Shown piece by piece: positions 18,247 to 27,849 of a stretch of DNA of 64,000 nt. The stretch spans positions 144,682-208,681 of the forward strand of contig JACPBG010000002.1 in assembly GCA_016180435.1 (NCBI GenBank). The letters are read 5' to 3'. How positions within the stretch are numbered: the first letter of the stretch is position 1; every line of letters begins with the position of its first letter. The notes beneath the pieces were generated by a model that saw nothing but the letters and a program-made list of their open reading frames with translations, was not told the origin of the DNA and searched no databases. Origin of the DNA: Candidatus Sungiibacteriota bacterium. GTDB lineage: Bacteria > Patescibacteriota > Minisyncoccia > Sungbacterales > HO2-52-23. A program made the position numbers and the translations under genes.

Positions 18247-19104
18247 ATGGAAGAAGCTCCATTTTCGCCAGAAATTCAACCATATAAAAAACCCGTTGAA
18301 GTCGGCGACACCAATAAAATATATTACGATCCCAGTCATCCGGACGTTTTAATCCGCATACCAATAGATAAGGAATCCAAATTTCTTGAAACCAATCCTA
18401 AACTCATCGGAATTGCCGAGAAGATTTATCGTCGTCTCGATGAAATGGGAAAGAGTTTAGACATCGACGTAGCCGATCACCAATTTATTTTAGCGAAAGA
18501 GACGAGCGATGCTCCAGTCAAGCCGATGCTCCTCGCCAAGCGGATTGAGGGCAATCCGCTTGTACCTGTCGACAAAAATAATCTCAAAACTCTTGAAGCA
18601 TTAAGTCGCATTGCTCAACTTGGACATAAATATTTAAATTGGATTGAATCAAATCGACCAAAATCAGTAGTGACTGATGTATTTCGACCAGATCAATATA
18701 TTGCTCATCCCGGAGAAACAGAAGAAACGCATGACAAGCTAACGCTAGTCGACATTGAGCCAAGATTAAAAGATCGCGATCTAGGGATAAAATTTATTGA
18801 TCATGAACTTGGGATGTTAGTCGGCCCATTGCGTAACTCTGCGCATAACGATATTTTTAATTTGTACATGCACCACGCATTCCGTACGCTAAAGCGGAAC
18901 CGTCGCCGCATCGAAATAGGAAGTCTTATTAATATTATTGTTAAAGCACCAGAGTTATACCAACGGATGTCTGAAGATTTTTTAGCTGGCAGAGATACTA
19001 TTTTTACATCTCAGGAGCAACAGGAAATAAAAGATAGGCTACTCAACGCCCCACTGATTGTTAATCAAGAATTACTGAGAAAGTTTGGGATCGAAAAAAT
19101 TTAA
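18247..19104 (+). CDS. Hypothetical protein (weak resemblance to a kinase-like fold)
   Basis: Long open frame; only suggestive TDVF..DQY and LTLVDIEP motifs. Confidence 0.55.
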   Translation: MEEAPFSPEIQPYKKPVEVGDTNKIYYDPSHPDVLIRIPIDKESKFLETNPKLIGIAEKIYRRLDEMGKSLDIDVADHQFILAKETSDAPVKPMLLAKRIEGNPLVPVDKNNLKTLEALSRIAQLGHKYLNWIESNRPKSVVTDVFRPDQYIAHPGETEETHDKLTLVDIEPRLKDRDLGIKFIDHELGMLVGPLRNSAHNDIFNLYMHHAFRTLKRNRRRIEIGSLINIIVKAPELYQRMSEDFLAGRDTIFTSQEQQEIKDRLLNAPLIVNQELLRKFGIEKI

Positions 19105-19378
19105 GACCATTGCACAAATGAAAAGAATTTAAAGGCGGCGCGTTAGTTTTCAACTGGCACAAAATTCGGCGGAGGAACCCCAGAAGCAGAACGCTTTGCG
19201 TTTGCTACGGGGCAAGAAGCGAGGGCGGGCAAAAATTCCTTCCCCCCAACCCCCTTCTTTTTTGCCCGCCCGAGCAAAAATTATCAAAAGTCGGTGTCCG
19301 GATTTTCGCGAAAAAAAGTTCGGATTTTGTTCAAGACAGACAGATTTCTAGTGAGCCCTACCGAAAAGGGCAAAAACC

Positions 19379-20116
19379 ATGAAAGAATCAGTTGAGCAAA
19401 TCAAAACCAAAGAAGCTGTGCCGAAGCATATTATAGTTGAACTGGGCCCTGGAGACCGTCCATTGGTGTGGAGATTGAGTCGGGATGGGAAAGCGCGATA
19501 TAAAGCGAGAGGCGAGACGCTTTTTAATGTCAATCCTGGTGATACATTCTTTGCAGTAGATCTTCCTCCAGATGAAAGTTTAGACGTTTTTCGGTTCCAT
19601 ATCCAAAAGGGAACTTGGGATCCAGTAGAGCAAAGAATGAAAAGTCATCTGCTGGAAATCAAAGAGCATTTAAACAAATTTTTACCAAAAGGAGCAAAAG
19701 GAGAAGTACTGCATGCAGATGGTCAACGACTTCCATTTATTGATGGTCAAGTAGACGTATTATTTATGTCGAATGTTATTGGCGGTCATATAAGGGGCGA
19801 TGAATTGGGTGGTTTCAAAGCAAATCAGAGGCGTATTTTAAGAGAGAAACAGAATCTTATCAAAGAAGCAAAAAGAGTTTTAAAAACCGGAGGCAAACTT
19901 ATTCTTGAAGAAGAATACGCACCCGCTGAAAATGTAAAAGCGGCTTGGAAAAAGGTAGTAGAAGATTTAAAAAATGATCCGGATTTTACTGCCCGAGATT
20001 TATTTGACAATGGAAACGGAGTACCCGTACTTGAACTAACTAAAAAGGAGTTAGACCAAGACCCATCAATAGGGAGAAAGAATGATCTCCAAGGAAGCTC
20101 TAATGTGCTTCATTAG
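19379..20116 (+). CDS. Class I SAM-dependent methyltransferase-like protein
   Basis: IVELGPG, ADGQRLPFIDGQVDVLF, EAKRVLKTGGKL. Confidence 0.7.
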   Translation: MKESVEQIKTKEAVPKHIIVELGPGDRPLVWRLSRDGKARYKARGETLFNVNPGDTFFAVDLPPDESLDVFRFHIQKGTWDPVEQRMKSHLLEIKEHLNKFLPKGAKGEVLHADGQRLPFIDGQVDVLFMSNVIGGHIRGDELGGFKANQRRILREKQNLIKEAKRVLKTGGKLILEEEYAPAENVKAAWKKVVEDLKNDPDFTARDLFDNGNGVPVLELTKKELDQDPSIGRKNDLQGSSNVLH

Positions 20117-20196
20117 GTGGGATTCCAGACCATGGCAGTTAGCACGCGTATGCTAAGTCAGGTGATCGAGGTATATGGGATTAAAGGGCAAAAAAC

Positions 20197-20631
20197 ATGA
20201 TTGAACAACAAAGACCAAAAGTAGGAGTTGGCGTAATGATTTTGAAGGGCGGCAAGATTTTACTCGGTAAGCGTAAAGGTTCGCATGGCGAGGGAGAGTT
20301 TGCGTTTCCGGGCGGACATTTGGAATATATGGAATCTTTTGCGGATTGCGCTCGGCGCGAAGTGAGCGAGGAATGTGGTATTGAAATTGAAAATATCCGT
20401 TTTCAGTATTTAGCAAATATTACAAAGTATGCGCCGAAACACTATGCACATATCGGCCTTATGGCAGATTGGAAAAGTGGCGAACCGAAAGTTCTTGAAC
20501 CGGAAAAGGCAGAACTGTGGGGTTGGTACGATATGGACAATTTGCCTCAGCCGATTTTCGAAATGTGCAAGTTGGCTGTTCAATGCTACAAGACCGGAAA
20601 GAATTATTTGGATGTTTCTGATCTGAAGTAG
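20197..20631 (+). CDS. NUDIX hydrolase (MutT/NUDT15-like)
   Basis: RPKVGVGV, FPGGHLEYMESFADCARREVSEECG Nudix box. Confidence 0.92.
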   Translation: MIEQQRPKVGVGVMILKGGKILLGKRKGSHGEGEFAFPGGHLEYMESFADCARREVSEECGIEIENIRFQYLANITKYAPKHYAHIGLMADWKSGEPKVLEPEKAELWGWYDMDNLPQPIFEMCKLAVQCYKTGKNYLDVSDLK

Positions 20632-20729
20632 CCGCCGGATCAGAGCATTAGATAATAGTCGAGTAGAATATAAATTTTTTTATTTTTGTACGATGAGAAC
20701 GGAAAACTGGTTTATCCTGCATGATTTGC

Positions 20730-22163
20730 ATGAAAAAAATAAATTATTTAATTATTGGAGGCGGAATTGCCGGAACAACCGCCGCCGAAACCATTCGCCG
20801 CCATGATCCTGTGGGAAGTATGGCCATTGTGTCGGATGAGCCGTATCGCCTGTATTCGCGGATAATGCTTTCCAAGCCGAATTTTTTTCTGGAGAAAATT
20901 CCTTTTGACCAGATTTGGCTGAAAAAAGAGTCATGGTATGCGGAAAATAACATTCAGGTGATTCTTGGGAAAAGCGCCGTAAAACTTAACCCGCAGGCCA
21001 AGATAGTTACTTTAAATACCGGGGAAGAACTGGAATATGAAAAATTGCTTTTGGCAGTTGGCGGATGCGCCCGGCGCTGGGATCTTCCGGGAGCGGAGAG
21101 GCGCGGTATTTTTTATCTGCGAACATTGGACGACGCTAAAGCAATTATGACAGCGGTTAACCCCGTTAGAACGGATACTTCGCGATTGGCCGAAGGCGGC
21201 ATTGAATCACCACCTCTTATATCTGCCTTAACCGTCGACCCGCTTCGCCATAGCTTTAGCGAGGCGAGCAGGAGTAAGCGGCGTTCTAACGGGGTAAAAA
21301 CTGCCCGACATGCGGTGGCTATTGGCGGAGGTTTTGTCAGTTTTGAAATGTGCGACATGTTGCGTTTGGCCGGAATTGACGTAACATTGCTTTTGCGGGA
21401 ATCTTATTTTTGGGAGCCGGTTCTGGACGAGACATCGGGACGCATGATCGAGGCGGCACTGGAAAAAGGCGGCGTTAAGATTATGCGGAATACCGAGGTT
21501 GGCAAAATAATCGGCCAGGATCGGGTGGAGGCAGTTGAGATTAACGGCGGAAAAAAAATCGCTTGCGATATGTTGATAGTCGGGATCGGAGTTTTTTGTC
21601 CTTTGGCCTGGCTGGAGGTCGCCGGGGTAAAAGTGGGGCGGGGGATATTGGCTAACGAGTATTTGGAAATCAATTTTCCCTATATATGGGTTGCGGGGGA
21701 CGCGGCGGAATTCAAGGATTTGATACTTGGCGAGCAGATTCAGCTTGGAAATTGGGTGAACGCGCAGATGCAGGGCAGGATAGCGGGGATGAATATGTCT
21801 GGATCCCTCGACCCGCTTCGCCCGCAAAGCGAGGCGAGCAAGCTCAGGACAAGAAAGGAGCCATTTCGCATGGTTTCGTTTTATACCACGATTGGTTTTG
21901 GCATTACCATTGCATTTGTAGGGGATGTCCGGCCGATGGAGGGCCGGACCATAATTTTGCGCGGTTCGGCCGATGCCGGATCTTACGTCCGGGTCATTGT
22001 AAAAGGCGGAGAAATAATCGGCGCCACCCTGATAAATCGCACCCAGGAGCTTGGACCAATTTCCAAACTGATTGAAAAGGACTTTAAAATCGCGGGGCGC
22101 GAAAAAGAGCTTGCGGACACATCTTTTGATCTGAAAAAATTGATTGAGAATTTGAAATCATAA
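20730..22163 (+). CDS. FAD-dependent pyridine nucleotide-disulfide oxidoreductase (rubredoxin/ferredoxin-reductase-like), with two in-frame repeat insertions
   Basis: GGGIAG, AIGGGFVSFE, WVAGDAA motifs. Confidence 0.88.
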   Translation: MKKINYLIIGGGIAGTTAAETIRRHDPVGSMAIVSDEPYRLYSRIMLSKPNFFLEKIPFDQIWLKKESWYAENNIQVILGKSAVKLNPQAKIVTLNTGEELEYEKLLLAVGGCARRWDLPGAERRGIFYLRTLDDAKAIMTAVNPVRTDTSRLAEGGIESPPLISALTVDPLRHSFSEASRSKRRSNGVKTARHAVAIGGGFVSFEMCDMLRLAGIDVTLLLRESYFWEPVLDETSGRMIEAALEKGGVKIMRNTEVGKIIGQDRVEAVEINGGKKIACDMLIVGIGVFCPLAWLEVAGVKVGRGILANEYLEINFPYIWVAGDAAEFKDLILGEQIQLGNWVNAQMQGRIAGMNMSGSLDPLRPQSEASKLRTRKEPFRMVSFYTTIGFGITIAFVGDVRPMEGRTIILRGSADAGSYVRVIVKGGEIIGATLINRTQELGPISKLIEKDFKIAGREKELADTSFDLKKLIENLKS

Positions 22164-22170
22164 TAATTTT

Positions 22171-23397
22171 ATGACCCACAGAATTGATTCTAAACATTTG
22201 GATGCGATTATTATAGGAGCCGGACCCGCCGGAGGATCGGCGGCCAGGGAGCTTGCCAAACGAGGCAAGAAAGTTCTTTTAATTGAGCAATCGCATGAAA
22301 TTGGCGAGCCGAATTATTCAACAGCCGGGACCCCCAAGGAAACAGTTGAAGATTTTGATTTGCCCTCCGATATTCTTTCGTCCTCGTGGAATAAAATCAT
22401 GCTGGCTACGCCCCGGACGCAAGCTGTTTGGTCGTTTCCGGAGACGATGGGATATGTTCTTGATTTTGCCGGGCTTAAAAAATTTTTAGCCAAAGACGCA
22501 GCGGAAAACGGAGCGGAAATTTTGGTTGGGACTTCCGTAAAGGAGTTTATTGACGCCGGAGAAAAGATGATCGGCGTACGGTATCATGGTGTTTTCGGCG
22601 ACGGCGAAGCGTTGGCGGACGTTATTATAGATGCAACCGGACATCACGAGTTTTCCAACACATTATTGAAATTGAATCGCATTCAATCGGGTTCTTTGGC
22701 GCAAGCCATGGAGTATTTGATGACCAATCCACGCGCGCAGCTCAAAGACACTCTGGCCACATTTTGGGGGTCCGAGTATGCTCCCCATGGATATGCATGG
22801 TCTTTTCCGATGGATAACGGGAAAGAGGCCAAAGTTGGCATTTGCCAATATTCATATGATGAGAATAAAGGTGATCTTAAGAATTCGCTGGAACGGTTTG
22901 TGGATTCACTGCCTTATTTTAAAGAAATGGAACCGATCGAAATTCATGCCGGAGCAGCGCATGTAGACGGCGGCGTTGCGTGCCACATTTTCAAAAATGT
23001 AATGCTCATAGGAGATGCCGCTCACCAAATTAATCCGTTGGGAGGGGAGGGCATACGGCATTCGTTGCGGGCCGGACGTATTGCTGCTGATGCCATCGCA
23101 CGTTCTTTAGAAAATGGCGTTTGCGATCAATCTATGCTGAAACAAACATATGAATCAGAGTGGAAAAAGGAATTTGGCCGGGCTTGGCGCCTTTCCTATA
23201 TACTTAGCGGGATTTTATATAATCTGGAAGATGAATTATTGGATAAGCTGGTGAAAGTTATTGAAAGAATATTGCCTCAAGATATGTTTGAGATCGGGTT
23301 TCATTATGATTATTCCCGCGCGATGAAATATCCCGGGCTAATTTCTTTACTGCCGTCCGCTATAAAAAATTTTTTGAAAAAATGGCAGTCATTTTAA
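22171..23397 (+). CDS. Geranylgeranyl reductase family flavoprotein
   Basis: IIGAGPAG, IIDATG, APHGYAWSFP, LIGDAAHQINPLGGEGI. Confidence 0.85.
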   Translation: MTHRIDSKHLDAIIIGAGPAGGSAARELAKRGKKVLLIEQSHEIGEPNYSTAGTPKETVEDFDLPSDILSSSWNKIMLATPRTQAVWSFPETMGYVLDFAGLKKFLAKDAAENGAEILVGTSVKEFIDAGEKMIGVRYHGVFGDGEALADVIIDATGHHEFSNTLLKLNRIQSGSLAQAMEYLMTNPRAQLKDTLATFWGSEYAPHGYAWSFPMDNGKEAKVGICQYSYDENKGDLKNSLERFVDSLPYFKEMEPIEIHAGAAHVDGGVACHIFKNVMLIGDAAHQINPLGGEGIRHSLRAGRIAADAIARSLENGVCDQSMLKQTYESEWKKEFGRAWRLSYILSGILYNLEDELLDKLVKVIERILPQDMFEIGFHYDYSRAMKYPGLISLLPSAIKNFLKKWQSF

Positions 23398-23673
23398 AAG
23401 ATGAGCAGATTACGGCTGAGGCGTTTTGTTTTATCAGCAATGGGAGGGCGAATAACGCTACAATAATAAACCTCCCACAAGCAAGCATATGGGCGGTTGA
23501 GGGTGTTTGATTTTAGACAATGGGAGATCCGCCAGAGGCGGATACAATAAGAAAAGGTAATATGTGTATTTTAGGCAAAAAACAATAGACCTTTTGCACA
23601 AGTTGGCAGACCTTGACGGATTTTGTGAGTGCGGCATACTAAGATTAGTACCTAGTATATTAAGGAGGGGAAC

Positions 23674-24015
23674 ATGAAGGGCGTATTATTGATTATTGGT
23701 TTTCTGGCCGCAGTGTTGTTGTTTGCGGATAGGGGAATAGCCGCTGGTAAGCAGGATGGCAAGGCGCTTTATTCCGCAAAGTGTTCCGGCTGTCATGGCG
23801 CCGACGGCAAAGGAAACGCCGCTTTGGCTACTGCGCTAAGTGCGGATCCGGGAGCAATGGATTTGACCAAGAAAGATGTGAAGGATGTTAAAAAGCGTAG
23901 CAACCAGGATCTTTCCTGCGTTATCAAAAACGGCAAAGGTAAAATGCCGGCGGTGACAGGCCTAAGCGACGCTGAAATTACGGCAGTCATTAAGTATGTG
24001 CGTTCTTTGAAGTAA
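23674..24015 (+). CDS. Monoheme class I c-type cytochrome
   Basis: Signal peptide, CSGCHG heme motif, GKGKMPA distal Met, LSDAEI.AV..YV. Strong SD (TAAGGAGG) and TTGACG-N16-CATACT promoter upstream. Confidence 0.9.
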   Translation: MKGVLLIIGFLAAVLLFADRGIAAGKQDGKALYSAKCSGCHGADGKGNAALATALSADPGAMDLTKKDVKDVKKRSNQDLSCVIKNGKGKMPAVTGLSDAEITAVIKYVRSLK

Positions 24016-24072
24016 TCGATCACCATCTTTTTTATCATACCGCCGAATTTCGGCGGATTTTTTAGTGGGTGG

Positions 24073-24175
24073 ACCCCGTTAGAGATTTAACCAACGATAA
24101 AACATGGGTTACGAGTTATCCCGCAGTCAGGCATGCTCCTACCGGCGTAGTTTCGTTCCGCATCTCTAACGGGGT
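24073..24175. mobile_element. CCCCGTTAGA-family MITE-like element
   Basis: ACCCCGTTAGAGAT...ATCTCTAACGGGGT, flanked by GG/GG. Confidence 0.75.
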
Positions 24176-24264
24176 GGATAAGTTTTGTTGTATTAGAATT
24201 ATATGTAGGTTATATTTAAAATATCAAGAAGGTCGAATAGTTATAAATAATCGGCACTTTAATT

Positions 24265-24666
24265 ATGACAAATCAAAAAATTATTGAGTGGGTGTTGCGG
24301 ATTGCGGTGGCCGGTGAATTCATTGGTCATGGCGCATTTGCCCTGCAAGGCAAAAAGGACTGGATCGGGTGGTTTGCCCAATTTGGGATTTCCGATGCCG
24401 GGACCGCCACGCAACTGCTTCTTCTTTTAGGAGCCGTAGATGTTGCATTAGGGATTTTAATTTTGATTAAACCGGTTCGCGTTGCGCTTCTGTGGATGGT
24501 ATTTTGGGGTTTCTGGACAGCGCTTTTGCGTCCGCTGGTTGGAATGCCGGTCTGGGATTTTGTGGAACGTTGGGCGAATTGGGGAGCGCCCCTGGCGCTT
24601 CTATTGCTTATCGGGTGGCCTAAGAGCTGGAGTGAATGGCTTTTTGATAATAAAGAAACAACGTAA
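24265..24666 (+). CDS. DoxX-like membrane protein
   Basis: LRIAVAGEFIGHG, four hydrophobic segments, FVERWANWGAPLALL. Confidence 0.7.
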   Translation: MTNQKIIEWVLRIAVAGEFIGHGAFALQGKKDWIGWFAQFGISDAGTATQLLLLLGAVDVALGILILIKPVRVALLWMVFWGFWTALLRPLVGMPVWDFVERWANWGAPLALLLLIGWPKSWSEWLFDNKETT

Positions 24667-26738
24667 TGATTCCCTTTATACCATTTAGAACAATCAAAAA
24701 ACGGGACGGAAGAATCGTTCCTTTTGACCCGTATAAAATTTCAAACGCCATTGAAAAAGCCGGAATTGCTACCGGTGAATTCGGGCGCGCCACTGCGGAA
24801 AAACTTATGCAAAGGGTGCTCTGGCAGGTGGAACATATGCCCGCAAATTATCTTCCGACCGTGGAGGAGGTTCAGGATATAGTCGAGGATGTCCTGTTAA
24901 GCTCTTTTTATAAAAAAACCGCCAAGTCGTATATTTTGTATCGCGATCAGCACGCCAAACTTCGCGATATGGTATCAACCGCCGAGGTGGATCTTATGGA
25001 ACGATACCTCGGTTTGGCTGATTGGCAGGTTCAGGAAAACAGCAATATGACCTATTCCCTGCAGGGCCTTAATAATTATGTTTCCTCCGAAATAAGCAAA
25101 GTGTACTGGTTGAATAAAATTTATCCCCCGGAAGTTGCGCGGACCCATCAGAGAGGGGACTTTCATATTCATGATTTAAACGTACTTTCGGTATATTGCG
25201 TGGGATGGGATCTGCATGATTTGCTGGCCCAGGGGTTTCGCGGGACCCGCGGGAAAATAGAAAGTAAGCCAGCTAAACATTTTCGTAGCGCTTTGGGGCA
25301 GGTTACCAATTTTTTCTATACTCTGCAGGGAGAAGCGGCCGGGGCGCAGGCGTTTTCAAACTTTGATACGCTACTGGCGCCGTTTATACGCTACGATAAA
25401 TTATCTTACGCCGAGGTGCGCCAAGCCATGCAGGAATTTGTTTTTAATATTAACGTGCCGACCCGGGTCGGATTCCAGACGCCTTTTACCAATGTAACCA
25501 TTGATCTGCAGGTGCCGAAAATGTATGCGGGCATGCCGGTCATAATCGGAGGAGCATATCAGAAAGAATTATACGGCGAGTTTCAAGGCGAGATGGATAT
25601 GTTTAACCGCGCGTTTCTTGAAATAATGATGGAAGGTGACGCGCGCGGCCGGATTTTTACGTTTCCCATTCCGACTTATAACATCACCAAGGGATTTGAC
25701 TGGAAAAATGAAAATATTGATATGTTGTGGCAGGTGGCTGCTAAATACGGGATTCCTTATTTTGCCAATTTTGTGAATTCAGATATGTCGCCGGATGACG
25801 CGCGTTCCATGTGCTGCCGCTTGCGCCTGGATATGCGCATGCTTGAGAAGCGCGGCGGGGGTCTTTTTGGAGCGCACCCGCTTACCGGATCCATTGGCGT
25901 GGTTACCATAAATATGCCGCGGCTGGGATATTTATCTCAAAACAAAGAAGAGTTTATGGAAAGATTAGAGCGCCTGATGGAACTTGGCAAAGAAAGTTTG
26001 GAGATTAAACGTAAAGCCCTGGATAGATTTACTGAAGGCAATCTTTATCCCTATTCCAAATTTTATCTGCGGGACATCAAAGAGCGTTTTGGCAATTACT
26101 GGGAAAATCATTTCTCTACCATTGGCCTGGTGGGCATGAATGAGGCATGTTTGAATTTATTGGGAAAGACAATTGCGGATCCGGAAGGCCATGAATTTGC
26201 CGCCGCGGTTCTTGATTTTATGAGAGAAAAGCTTTTATCTTTTCAGCAAGAAACCGGGCATAACTACAATTTGGAAGCCACACCGGCCGAAGGAACCGCT
26301 TATCGCCTCGCGCGCCTGGATAAAGAAACGCATCCGGAAATAATTTGCGCTAATGAAACTAAATGGAGAAGCGGAGCCAAGCCCTTTTATACTAATTCCA
26401 CTAATTTACCGGTGAATTATACCGATGATATTTTTGAGGCGTTTGATTTGCAGGATTCATTGCAGATAAAATATACCGGCGGGACGGTATTGCACGGATT
26501 TTTAGGTGAGCGCATGCCCTCGGGCGAGGCGGTTAAGCATTTGGTTAGAAAAGTGGTGGAAAATTACCGGCTTCCGTATTTTACCATTACCCCTACTTTC
26601 AGCATCTGTCCGGTACACGGGTATCTTGCGGGCGAGTACGAATATTGTCCGCGCTGTGATGAAGAAATGGGGTATAATTCAGAATTACAAAATGCATCGC
26701 CAAATCAAAGTCAGCCATTATTTTCAAAGGTCGGATAA
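24666..26738 (+). CDS. nrdD: Anaerobic (class III) ribonucleoside-triphosphate reductase, large part with ATP cone; lacks the glycyl-radical C-terminus
   Basis: IKKRDG ATP cone, FHIHDL, YCVGW, RSMCCRL, EATPAEG, FSICPVHGY..CPRC. Confidence 0.92.
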   Translation: MIPFIPFRTIKKRDGRIVPFDPYKISNAIEKAGIATGEFGRATAEKLMQRVLWQVEHMPANYLPTVEEVQDIVEDVLLSSFYKKTAKSYILYRDQHAKLRDMVSTAEVDLMERYLGLADWQVQENSNMTYSLQGLNNYVSSEISKVYWLNKIYPPEVARTHQRGDFHIHDLNVLSVYCVGWDLHDLLAQGFRGTRGKIESKPAKHFRSALGQVTNFFYTLQGEAAGAQAFSNFDTLLAPFIRYDKLSYAEVRQAMQEFVFNINVPTRVGFQTPFTNVTIDLQVPKMYAGMPVIIGGAYQKELYGEFQGEMDMFNRAFLEIMMEGDARGRIFTFPIPTYNITKGFDWKNENIDMLWQVAAKYGIPYFANFVNSDMSPDDARSMCCRLRLDMRMLEKRGGGLFGAHPLTGSIGVVTINMPRLGYLSQNKEEFMERLERLMELGKESLEIKRKALDRFTEGNLYPYSKFYLRDIKERFGNYWENHFSTIGLVGMNEACLNLLGKTIADPEGHEFAAAVLDFMREKLLSFQQETGHNYNLEATPAEGTAYRLARLDKETHPEIICANETKWRSGAKPFYTNSTNLPVNYTDDIFEAFDLQDSLQIKYTGGTVLHGFLGERMPSGEAVKHLVRKVVENYRLPYFTITPTFSICPVHGYLAGEYEYCPRCDEEMGYNSELQNASPNQSQPLFSKVG

Positions 26739-26842
26739 AAAATCAACGAATAACGAATCATACGCGAATATGCGAATTTATAGTGAGCCTGTCGAACTAT
26801 TCGTTAATTCGCTTCATATTCGCTATTCGTTGATATCGCAGA

Positions 26843-27010
26843 ATGAAAAATAAAACTCGTCAGCGCTGTGAGGTTTATTCGCGGGTGGTGGGATATTACC
26901 GGCCGGTGGAACAGTGGAACGAGGGCAAGCAGGCGGAATTTGTGGAGCGCAAGGAATATGATGTTCGGTGTGCTGCCGAAAAAAATGAGGTAGGCGCCCA
27001 AACCGTATGA
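26843..27010 (+). CDS. Stand-alone NrdD glycyl-radical domain peptide (55 aa; not in ORF track)
   Basis: Manual translation MKNKTRQRCEVYSRVVGYYRPVEQWNEGKQAEFVERKEY...; the stop overlaps the nrdG ATG. Confidence 0.88.
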   Translation: MKNKTRQRCEVYSRVVGYYRPVEQWNEGKQAEFVERKEYDVRCAAEKNEVGAQTV

Positions 27011-27699
27011 CATTCGGCGGTTGGCAGAAAATAAGCTTGCTTGATTTCCCCGGCAAGATTTCATCCATTCTTTTTACCAACGGATGCGTGTTCCGTTGCA
27101 GTTTTTGTTACAACCCGGGATTGGTGGAGCCGCCATTTAAAACAGTGATAAGTGAGGAAACCGTCCTTAAGTATTTGGCGGAGCGCGCCAATGTCTTGGA
27201 AGGAGTGGTCATAACCGGCGGCGAGCCGACTATTCACGCTGACCTCCCGGAATTTTTGAAAAAAATTAAATTACTTGGATATCCGGTAAAACTTGATACC
27301 TGCGGTTACTTGCCGCATGTTTTGGAGCGTCTGATCGGAGAAAAATTGATTGACTATGTTGCTATGGATATTAAGGCGCCTTTGGCAAAATATGCGGCTA
27401 TAACCCGGGTTCCGGTTAACCCGGATTTTATCTCAAAAAGTATCAATATCATTATGTCCTCCGGGATTCCGTATGAATTTAGGTCAACTTTAGTGGAGGG
27501 TGTTCATAACGCCGAAGATATAGTTCGGATGGCGCAAATGATTTTAGGGGCGGATATGTATTATCTCCAGTTGTTTCGGACGTCCCCAGTTCTGCTAAAT
27601 CCGGATTTTTTATCCAAACGAGCTCCATTGCGCAGTCAGTTGGAAGTTGCGGCTGATCGATGCCGGCTGTATGTCAAGCGCTGCGAAATCCGCGGATAA
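27007..27699 (+). CDS. nrdG: Anaerobic RNR activating radical-SAM enzyme
   Basis: GCVFRCSFCYN CxxxCxxC, VVITGGEPT, DYVAMDIK. Confidence 0.92.
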   Translation: MTFGGWQKISLLDFPGKISSILFTNGCVFRCSFCYNPGLVEPPFKTVISEETVLKYLAERANVLEGVVITGGEPTIHADLPEFLKKIKLLGYPVKLDTCGYLPHVLERLIGEKLIDYVAMDIKAPLAKYAAITRVPVNPDFISKSINIIMSSGIPYEFRSTLVEGVHNAEDIVRMAQMILGADMYYLQLFRTSPVLLNPDFLSKRAPLRSQLEVAADRCRLYVKRCEIRG

Positions 27700-27849
27700 C
27701 TTTGACAGGAATTGATGGCGTTCTAACGGGGTTAAGAGTGCATAACTTAATTTGATTCGTCTTTTTGGGGATAGTATGCTAAAAACAGATTATATAATTA
27801 AGTCCGAACCGTCCCTTTTTCAAAGGGGCGTGGGGATTTTTTACTAACT

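Noticed and set aside
21160-21295. In-frame inserts as inteins or self-splicing introns
   Set aside because: Too short, no C/S...HN intein termini and no group I/II core; they are DNA palindromes.
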